Below, piece after piece: positions 25,853-32,000 of a DNA stretch of 32,000 nt. Under the pieces are notes generated by a model that saw only the letters and a list, made by a program, of their open reading frames with translations, did not search any database and was not told where the DNA came from. The position numbers and the translations under genes were made by a program. The stretch is from Ruminococcus albus 7 = DSM 20455 (lineage in GTDB: Bacteria; Bacillota; Clostridia; Oscillospirales; Ruminococcaceae), in contig NC_014833.1 of the NCBI RefSeq assembly GCF_000179635.2, positions 3,390,001 to 3,422,000 of the forward strand, read 5' to 3'. Numbering within the stretch: the stretch's first letter is position 1; each line of letters begins with the position of its first letter.

Positions 25853-27799
25853 ATGATAAAGCTAACATTAAAAGACGGCTCTGTTCGTGAGATAGAGTCT
25901 GCAATGCCCGCAAGCGAGATAATCAAGGGCATAGGCATGGGTCTTTACAAGGCTGCCTGCGTTGTAAAGATCAACGGTGAGATCAAGGACCTGAGAACAG
26001 TCATAGACAGTGACTGCGAGTTTGAGGTACTGACTTTCGATTCAAAGCAGGGCAAGGAGACCTTCTGGCACACTGCTTCACACCTGCTGGCACAGGCAGT
26101 AAAGAACCTCTATCCCGATGCTAAGCTGGGCAGAGGTCCTGCAACCGAGAACGGTTTCTACTACGATTTCAAGGTAGAAAAGCCTTTTGCTCCCGCTGAT
26201 CTGGAAAAGATACAGGCTGAGATGAAAAAGCTTGCCAAGGAAGGTTTCGAGCTTGAAAGATTCGAGCTTTCCCGTGATGAGGCCGTAAAGCTCATGGAAG
26301 AAAAAGGTGAGAATTTCAAAGTAGAGCTGATCGACAAGCACGACAGCAAGGGTGAGAAACTCTCATTCTACAAGCAGGGCGATTTCGTTGACCTGTGTGC
26401 AGGCCCCCACATCATGAGCGTTGCACCGATCAAGGCAATCAAGCTTACACAGTGTACAGGCGCATACTGGGGCAAGGCTGAGGACGGCATACAGATGTCA
26501 CGTATCTACGGAACTGCATACCCCAAGGCTTCCATGCTGGAAGAGCACCTGAAGCAGATGGAAGAAGCTAAGCTTCGTGACCACAACAAGCTGGGACGTG
26601 AGCTGGAATACTTCACAACAGTTGATTACATCGGTCAGGGTCTGCCTATCCTGCTGCCCAAGGGCGCTAAGGTTATACAGACTCTCCAGAGATGGATAGA
26701 GGACGAAGAGTACAAGCGCGGCTATCAGCTGACAAAAACTCCTTTCATGTCCAAGAGAGAGCTTTACAAGATCTCGGGTCACTGGGATCATTACAGAGAC
26801 GGTATGTTCATACTGGGCGACCCCGATGACGAGACAAAGGAATGCTTTGCACTCCGTCCTATGACTTGTCCTTTCCAGTATCAGGTATTCCTGAACAGAA
26901 AGCGTTCTTACAGAGATCTGCCTATGAGACTGGGCGAGACTTCCACACTGTTCCGTAACGAGGACAGCGGTGAGATGCACGGTCTTATCAGAGTTAGACA
27001 GTTCACTATCTCCGAGGGTCATCTGATACTCCGCCCCGAACAGCTGGAAGAAGAATTCAAGGGCTGTCTTGATCTTGCAAAGTACTGTCTTGAAACTATC
27101 GGTCTTGCAGAGGATGTAAGCTACCGTTTCAGCCAGTGGGATCCCGCTAACCCCAACAACAAGTACGAGGGTACTGCTGAACAGTGGGAAGAAGCACAGG
27201 GCGCTATGAAGAAAATACTGGACGATATCGGTCTTGATTACGAAATAGGCATAGATGAAGCTGCATTCTACGGTCCTAAGCTGGATATCCAGATCAAGAA
27301 CGTATTCGGCAAGGAAGATACACTTATCACAATACAGATAGATATGCAGATCGCCAAGAAGTTCGGCATGGAGTATGTTGACAAGGACGGCAAGATGAAG
27401 ATGCCTTACATCATCCACAGAACTTCTGTTGGCTGCTACGAGAGAACTCTCGCACTGCTGATAGAGAAGTACGCAGGCGTACTTCCCCTGTGGCTTGCAC
27501 CCGAGCAGGTGCGTATACTGCCCATCAAGCCCGAGCATAACGACTACGCTTACGATCTTGCAGAAGAGATGCGTGACCTCGGCATGAGAGTTGAAGTCGA
27601 TGCAGAAGATGACAACATCGGTCCCAAGATCAAGCAGGCAAGATTTGACAGAGTTCCTTATATGTTCATCATCGGTGATAACGAAGTTAAGGACGGCACA
27701 GTAACTGTACGTTCAAGAAAAGAGGGCGAGCTTCCCGCTATGCCCGCAGCTGATGCTATCGCCAAGCTGAAGGAAGAGATCGACACCAAGGCAAAATAA
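25853..27799 (+). CDS. thrS: Threonine--tRNA ligase
   Basis: 648 aa. It has an N-terminal TGS domain, the second additional domain motif HTASHLLAQAV, class-II core motifs (FRNEDSGEMHGLIRVRQFT, GPKLD) and a C-terminal anticodon-binding domain. Confidence 0.95.
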   Translation: MIKLTLKDGSVREIESAMPASEIIKGIGMGLYKAACVVKINGEIKDLRTVIDSDCEFEVLTFDSKQGKETFWHTASHLLAQAVKNLYPDAKLGRGPATENGFYYDFKVEKPFAPADLEKIQAEMKKLAKEGFELERFELSRDEAVKLMEEKGENFKVELIDKHDSKGEKLSFYKQGDFVDLCAGPHIMSVAPIKAIKLTQCTGAYWGKAEDGIQMSRIYGTAYPKASMLEEHLKQMEEAKLRDHNKLGRELEYFTTVDYIGQGLPILLPKGAKVIQTLQRWIEDEEYKRGYQLTKTPFMSKRELYKISGHWDHYRDGMFILGDPDDETKECFALRPMTCPFQYQVFLNRKRSYRDLPMRLGETSTLFRNEDSGEMHGLIRVRQFTISEGHLILRPEQLEEEFKGCLDLAKYCLETIGLAEDVSYRFSQWDPANPNNKYEGTAEQWEEAQGAMKKILDDIGLDYEIGIDEAAFYGPKLDIQIKNVFGKEDTLITIQIDMQIAKKFGMEYVDKDGKMKMPYIIHRTSVGCYERTLALLIEKYAGVLPLWLAPEQVRILPIKPEHNDYAYDLAEEMRDLGMRVEVDAEDDNIGPKIKQARFDRVPYMFIIGDNEVKDGTVTVRSRKEGELPAMPAADAIAKLKEEIDTKAK

Positions 27800-27812
27800 T
27801 ACTGAGATACAG

Positions 27813-27848
27813 ATGCGCTCACGGAGATTATCCGCGGGCGCATTTTTT
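27813..27848 (+). terminator. Rho-independent terminator after thrS
   Basis: ATGCGC (27813-27818) pairs with GCGCAT (27838-27843), with an inner CGGA/TCCG pairing. TTTTTT follows. Confidence 0.75.
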
Positions 27849-28002
27849 ATTACAGATCTGCTTGTCGGATATTGTTAAGACAGGATACTTCGCGGGCGGG
27901 TGGGAGGGGCGTGCATTCCCCGGAGAAAACAGCGGCTCTCTGCGCAGGAACAACATACCGAAACACCACGCAGATGAAAGCTCGCCATGATAAAAAACGG
28001 TA

Positions 28003-28031
28003 TTGCAATTCGCGGCAGAATATAGTATAAT
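28003..28031 (+). promoter_or_regulatory. Candidate sigma-A promoter (TTGCAA-17-TATAAT)
   Basis: TTGCAA at 28003-28008, a 17-nt spacer, and TATAAT at 28026-28031, about 35 nt before the ATG at 28066. Confidence 0.6.
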
Positions 28032-28065
28032 ATGTATACCACGAAACAGACAGGAGGTCAACACT

Positions 28066-28941
28066 ATGAACGGATCATTAAAGCAGGATCTTTCGCAGCA
28101 GGCAGAATTTGCAAATATGCTTATGATACATCTGCTGTTTGAGGAAAAGCCACAGCTCCTAGACCACGGTATCGTCAGACAGGCTGCTGAGGATACATTC
28201 GGTGACATCGAAGACGTAAGCAACGATAATAAGCTTCTTACCTTTGCAGTCAAGAAGTATACTGCACATTTTCAAGACGGCGATATCCCCCCGTTGGTAC
28301 TGCTGGCTCAGGGCATCGACTTTGACAGCGGAAATATCAGCGAGCTGGAGCGTTCCCAGTTCTGGGATATGAAGAACGGCGAAGAAGTCATTGACCGCTG
28401 CAAATACAGTGTGATGATCTCCGACATGATGAGCGGCGCAGCCATGGACTACAAAGAAAGATGTGAAATGGTCATGGACTGGCTGGAATGCATACTGGAT
28501 CTCTATCCCTCATGCAAAGCTGTATGGACACCCACAGGCAGCAAGCTGATAGATCCCGATTCGCTAAAGCATCTGAATCTTCCGAGGGATCAGAGATTTA
28601 TATATACCTGTGTCAATGCAAGATTTTTCAACGTCGAAGGTTCAAGCGGCGAGTATGTTGTAGATACTCTTGGTATGTACGCAATAGGTCTGCCTGATAC
28701 ACAGCTGCATTTCAAAGTTCTTGAACCCGGCACTGTTACGAACTATGCCTACAATATATGCATATACAACTACGATGAAAATGCCCCAATAGCAAGCGGT
28801 GAGACCATCGACGGACTTGACAGCAAAGGCAATTTCAGCCGCAATGAACAGTGGACGTGCCAATACGAGAACGCACTCATCCAGCCCGCAAGAACAGTAC
28901 TTGATATCGCTGCCGCAGGATATGCCGCCGGCAGAAGATGA
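28066..28941 (+). CDS. Hypothetical cytoplasmic protein, DUF4261-like (assignment from memory)
   Basis: ATG at 28066 lies 6 nt after AGGAGG; the track start at 28003 coincides with the -35 element. No TM helix and no catalytic motif. The C-terminal segment VVDTLGMYAIGLPDTQLHF resembles DUF4261 proteins. Confidence 0.6.
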   Translation: MNGSLKQDLSQQAEFANMLMIHLLFEEKPQLLDHGIVRQAAEDTFGDIEDVSNDNKLLTFAVKKYTAHFQDGDIPPLVLLAQGIDFDSGNISELERSQFWDMKNGEEVIDRCKYSVMISDMMSGAAMDYKERCEMVMDWLECILDLYPSCKAVWTPTGSKLIDPDSLKHLNLPRDQRFIYTCVNARFFNVEGSSGEYVVDTLGMYAIGLPDTQLHFKVLEPGTVTNYAYNICIYNYDENAPIASGETIDGLDSKGNFSRNEQWTCQYENALIQPARTVLDIAAAGYAAGRR

Positions 28942-28976
28942 TACAGGGATGATCTATTAAAATATGAAAAAGCGCG

Positions 28977-29009
28977 TATCCGCAGGCTTAAACGTTTGCG
29001 GATATTTTT
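28977..29009 (+). terminator. Rho-independent terminator
   Basis: TATCCGCA (28977-28984) pairs with TGCGGATA (28997-29004), followed by TTTTT. Confidence 0.75.
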
Positions 29010-29292
29010 ATGCCCTTTCATTTGTGCATATTGACGAAAAGAATGTTGAAAACCTCTTTTTCAATTGGGGATATGGGTTGATTAACTTATGTTTGATCTG
29101 ATTTAGCGTGTATTTTTACGAAAAAATTGCACAGGCAGCCGATTGTAATAATTAATCTGTTTAACTAAATGTTCTGTAACCATTTTTTAGTTTTTCACTT
29201 TCCATGTACATTTCAGTCGTACTGCGATTTTTACATCAGCACAGCAACTTGATAAAGTATCCGTATTTTGTATGAACTTTTTGGGAATTCTA

Positions 29293-29321
29293 TTGACGTG
29301 CACCAGTTATTGTGGTACAAT
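29293..29321 (+). promoter_or_regulatory. Strong promoter-like element in the long mraZ upstream region (TTGACG-17-TACAAT with TGg extended -10)
   Basis: TTGACG at 29293-29298, a 17-nt spacer ending in TGG, and TACAAT at 29316-29321. There is no convincing ORF downstream before mraZ. Confidence 0.5.
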
Positions 29322-29593
29322 AAGAGCATAGGAAGTATCATACATACTTTCATCGGATCAAAAATTGTAATTATTTTGTCATCAAGACAATATCTGCCAA
29401 CTAAATATCCGTATTTTTTTCACAATAAACACCCACATATAGTGGGTAAAAATCATTAACATAAAATTTACAAGTTACAGAAAAATTACAATCATCCGCC
29501 AAAAAGTTACAAGATACGCTGTTATGTAACAAGTTTGTACCCCCGAGTACAATAAAATTCCCTGCTTCTCTGAGAATTCGGAAAAAATACCAA

Positions 29594-29622
29594 TTGCATT
29601 TTTTTTCATTATACTGTATAAT
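29594..29622 (+). promoter_or_regulatory. Proximal dcw/mraZ promoter (TTGCAT-17-TATAAT)
   Basis: TTGCAT at 29594-29599, a 17-nt spacer, and TATAAT at 29617-29622. Confidence 0.65.
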
Positions 29623-29627
29623 AGTCA

Positions 29628-29661
29628 TAGTGGTAAAAAGTGCGATTTGGTGTCAAAAGTT
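29628..29661 (+). promoter_or_regulatory. Putative MraZ operator: GTG-core direct repeats with 10-bp phasing
   Basis: tAGTGGt, aAGTGCg and tGGTGTc have GTG at 29630, 29640 and 29650, an exact 10-bp period. A weaker AAGTTT sits at 29657-29662. The repeats lie immediately downstream of the -10, as described for MraZ autoregulation in other bacteria. Confidence 0.5.
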
Positions 29662-29701
29662 TACCAAGTCGCGGCAAATATGTCCGTGAGGGGGTGAGCG
29701 C

Positions 29702-30133
29702 TTGGCTTTAAAGACCTTGATGGGAACGTTTAATCAGAGCATGGATGTCAAGGGACGCATGAGCTTCCCCGTGAAGTTCCGTGAGATCATAGGTGAGCGC
29801 TTCATCGTTACACGCGGCATAGACCATTGTCTGCTGGTGTTCTCCCCGGAGGATTTCGACAGACTAAACGAAAAATTCCGTGAGATGCCGCTGGCATCGG
29901 GACGGGATATCATAAGGTTCTTCACAGGCAGCGCCGTCGAAGCCGAAGCGGACAAGCAGGGCAGGATACTCATACCTCAGCCGCTGAGAGACTGGGCGGG
30001 GCTCGAAAAGGATGTAATAGTGATGGGACTTACCGACCGCTGCGAGATCTGGGACAGATGCAGATGGGAGGAGCGCAGTGCAAAGCTGGATGACGAAGTG
30101 CTGCTGGCAGCTCTTGAAGGAGTTGGGATATAA
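29702..30133 (+). CDS. mraZ: Transcriptional regulator MraZ
   Basis: The two hallmark DxxGR motifs are present (DVKGRMSFP and DKQGRILIP). TTG at 29702 lies 7 nt after GAGGGGG. The alternative ATG at 29720 would give the canonical MGTF... N-terminus. Confidence 0.92.
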   Translation: MALKTLMGTFNQSMDVKGRMSFPVKFREIIGERFIVTRGIDHCLLVFSPEDFDRLNEKFREMPLASGRDIIRFFTGSAVEAEADKQGRILIPQPLRDWAGLEKDVIVMGLTDRCEIWDRCRWEERSAKLDDEVLLAALEGVGI

Positions 30134-31068
30134 TGGAATTCAAACACATCCCTGTTTTGCTGAACGAATGCATCGAGGGACTTGATATAAAGCCCGACGG
30201 TATCTACTGTGACGGTACGGCGGGCGGTGCGGGTCATTCCCGCGAGATAGCAAAAAGGCTGACCACAGGCAGACTCATCTCGGTAGACAGAGATCCCGAG
30301 GCTGTGGCTGTAGCAACGGAAAGATTGTCGGGACTTCCTGCAACAGTAGTCCGGGGGAATTATTCCGAGCTTGATGAGATATTCGCAAGGCTCGGTATAG
30401 AAGGCGCCGACGGCATACTCATGGATCTGGGAGTATCCTCCTATCAGCTTGATAACGCTGAAAGAGGTTTTTCCTACCATACGGATGCTCCGCTGGATAT
30501 GAGGATGAGCAGCGAAGGACTTTCCGCCCGAGATGTAGTCAACAGCTACGATGAACGTACACTGGCACGGATAATATTTGAGTACGGTGATGAGAAATTC
30601 TCCCGTAACATCGCAAAAAAAATAGTTCAGGTCAGGGAGGACAAGCCCATAGAGACCACGCTGGAGCTTGCCGAGGTAATAAAATCGGCTGTTCCGCAGA
30701 AGGTCAGGAGAGAGAAAAATCCCTGCAAAAAAACTTTTCAGGCGATACGCATAGAGGTCAATGCAGAGCTGGAACATCTCAGCATAGCGCTGGATAAGGC
30801 ATTTGACCTGCTTAACGCAGGCGGTAGATTGTGTATAATCACTTTCCATTCGCTGGAGGACAGGCTCGTAAAACAGAGATTCAAGAGCTTTTGTCAGGGC
30901 TGTATATGTCCGCCCGATTTCCCCGTGTGCGTATGCGGAAGAACTCCGCGCGGCAAACTGATAACCAGAAAGCCCATTGAACCATCCGACAGCGAAAATG
31001 AAGAGAACAAACGCGCTCACAGCGCAAAGCTGAGGATAATAGAAAAGATAAAGAACGACCCGCAGTGA
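30133..31068 (+). CDS. rsmH: 16S rRNA (cytosine1402-N4)-methyltransferase
   Basis: HIPVLLNECIEGL...YCDGTAGGAGHS...DLGVSSYQLD...FHSLEDR are all hallmark RsmH/MraW motifs. The start overlaps the mraZ stop (TAATG). Confidence 0.95.
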   Translation: MEFKHIPVLLNECIEGLDIKPDGIYCDGTAGGAGHSREIAKRLTTGRLISVDRDPEAVAVATERLSGLPATVVRGNYSELDEIFARLGIEGADGILMDLGVSSYQLDNAERGFSYHTDAPLDMRMSSEGLSARDVVNSYDERTLARIIFEYGDEKFSRNIAKKIVQVREDKPIETTLELAEVIKSAVPQKVRREKNPCKKTFQAIRIEVNAELEHLSIALDKAFDLLNAGGRLCIITFHSLEDRLVKQRFKSFCQGCICPPDFPVCVCGRTPRGKLITRKPIEPSDSENEENKRAHSAKLRIIEKIKNDPQ

Positions 31069-31171
31069 CGGGATATAAAGAGATAATACAAAAGACAGAG
31101 GACAGACAAAAGATAAGCTTGTGTAAAAATTTTCTGTGCGCTTTTGGGGCGCGTATAGAGGTGTATCAATA

Positions 31172-31669
31172 ATGACAAAATATAATGACCACAGCAACCT
31201 TGCTCATGAGCTCGAACTGCCTTATGATAACAATGCCGACCGCGACGCTGCGGCTGAACGCGAGGGCAGAAAAAACGGAGCACGCGCTGTTCCTGCAATG
31301 AGTTTCGGATCCAAGCTCGCATGGGCTGTTCTTATCATAGTTGCTATCTCCATGATGGGCAGCCTTATCTACGGTAAGGTGGAAATATCCAGACTTTACA
31401 GCGAAAGGGCAGGTCTTGAAAAACAGCTCGATCAGCTTCAGAACGAGAATATCAGTATGCAGTCCGAGATCGCTGAAAGAATGAATATGACCAAGGTAGA
31501 AGAATATGCACGAAACGATCTGGGTCTGCATAAGCTGGATAAATCCCAGATAGAGTATATCGAGGTAGAAACACCTTCTGTAGCCGAGGTAAAGACAAAC
31601 GACAAGGAAGATGTATTCATGCGATTCAAACACTGGTTTGATCGTGCATCGGAATATGTAAGTCACTAA
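31172..31669 (+). CDS. ftsL: Cell division protein FtsL-like (bitopic, coiled-coil)
   Basis: Position after rsmH. It has a single TM (LAWAVLIIVAISMMGSLIY) followed by a coiled-coil (LEKQLDQLQNENISMQSEI) and ARNDLGLHK. ATG at 31172 follows AGAGGTG; the track starts at 31136. Confidence 0.75.
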   Translation: MTKYNDHSNLAHELELPYDNNADRDAAAEREGRKNGARAVPAMSFGSKLAWAVLIIVAISMMGSLIYGKVEISRLYSERAGLEKQLDQLQNENISMQSEIAERMNMTKVEEYARNDLGLHKLDKSQIEYIEVETPSVAEVKTNDKEDVFMRFKHWFDRASEYVSH

Positions 31670-31790
31670 ATCATATATTGTATAAGAAAGTTAAGCACAG
31701 ATAATTGTACTTAGCTTTCTTGTTCTATTTTTAAATAAGTCTATCCCGCCGTTTTCGGGATAAAGCATTTATCGGGACGGAGGTTATGTA

Positions 31791-32000
31791 ATGACCGATA
31801 AACCAAGTCTTAAAATGAAAACCAGGCTGACTATATGGCTTTGCCTGCCTGTACTGCTCCTGCTGATATACATGATATGGGGCATATGGAAGGTATCCAT
31901 AAAGGAAGGTCAAAAATGGAAGGATCTGGCTAATTCTCAACAGCTGAAATCCACAGTAGTAACAGCGTCAAGAGGTTCAATGTACGATGCCAAGGGCAAC
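31791..32000 (+). CDS. Penicillin-binding protein (FtsI/PBP2B/SpoVD class), 5' part only; runs off the window
   Basis: Not in the ORF track because no stop is reached. GGAGG (31779-31783) lies 7 nt before ATG 31791. My translation is MTDKPSLKMKTRLTIWLCLPVLLLLIYMIWGIWKVSIKEGQKWKDLANSQQLKSTVVTASRGSMYDAKGN, which gives a TM anchor and the RGxIxDxxG-type start of a PBP dimerisation domain. The dcw position fits. Confidence 0.75.
   Translation, partial: MTDKPSLKMKTRLTIWLCLPVLLLLIYMIWGIWKVSIKEGQKWKDLANSQQLKSTVVTASRGSMYDAKGN

Noticed and set aside
26498-27538. A 346-aa minus-strand ORF inside thrS
   Set aside because: It is antisense to a clearly real thrS, has no recognisable domains and shows biased composition. 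It is treated as a shadow ORF.
29268-29628. Small ORFs of 63 aa (plus strand, 29268-29459) and 75 aa (minus strand, 29401-29628) in the AT-rich mraZ upstream region
   Set aside because: They have no RBS, and the odd composition (His, Tyr, Asn, Ile and Phe rich) is what random AT-rich DNA gives. They also overlap each other and the promoter elements.
29977-31197. A 406-aa ORF on the minus strand covering all of rsmH and parts of mraZ and ftsL
   Set aside because: It is antisense to three genes with unmistakable conserved motifs. Its translation is low-complexity (rich in Y, C, F, S and L) with no RBS or motif. Long antisense frames of this kind arise from the codon bias of the sense genes.
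1-32000. Scan of the whole window for CRISPR repeats, tRNA/rRNA genes, IS/transposase/integrase genes, toxin-antitoxin pairs and phage genes
   Set aside because: No regularly spaced direct repeats, no cloverleaf-like or rRNA-like segments, and no recombinase-like translations were seen. The window looks like core chromosome apart from the items listed under findings.

Overview
The window looks like a chromosomal, mostly housekeeping segment of a low/mid-GC Firmicute. It is probably a cellulolytic Ruminococcus-like member of Clostridia, because one small secreted protein carries a typical two-segment dockerin. All calls rest on motif recognition in the supplied translations and my own reading of the DNA; no searches were run. 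Plus-strand genes, in order:
- truB (5' partial) and ribF, then a polytopic membrane protein.
- A four-gene GldA/GldF/GldG-like ABC-2 module with a DUF4340-like protein, then a 91-aa ORF.
- dusB, an SDR epimerase/dehydratase, and azlC-azlD.
- A 920-aa protein with an ECF-sigma-like N-terminus, one TM helix and a large outside domain.
Minus-strand genes converging on this block are a degenerate-GGDEF membrane sensor translationally coupled to an orphan lipoprotein solute-binding protein, followed by a reverse rubrerythrin.
The plus strand then continues:
- ilvA, a 102-aa ORF, a NUDIX hydrolase and ridA.
- A dockerin-only small protein and a cation/H+ antiporter, with rny (RNase Y) on the minus strand.
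- A Thr (ACC) T-box leader, a 131-aa membrane protein, a SUFU-like protein and thrS.
- A DUF4261-like protein.
- A ~760-bp AT-rich non-coding region.
- The start of the dcw cluster: mraZ, rsmH, ftsL and the 5' end of a PBP gene.
I saw no rRNA, tRNA, CRISPR array, transposase or integrase, and no obvious defence or mobile island. The signals most worth a second look:
- The membrane-tethered sigma-like fusion protein.
- A 117-nt near-perfect hairpin whose mismatches are all transitions and which pairs better as minus-strand RNA.
- The pseudo-GGDEF sensor with its orphan SBP.
- The Thr T-box sitting about 1.2 kb and two unknown genes upstream of thrS.
- Two near-identical G3-N1-G3-N1-G3-N1-G4 motifs bracketing thrS.
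- The repeat-laden leader upstream of mraZ.
None of these is demonstrably a new system from sequence alone.
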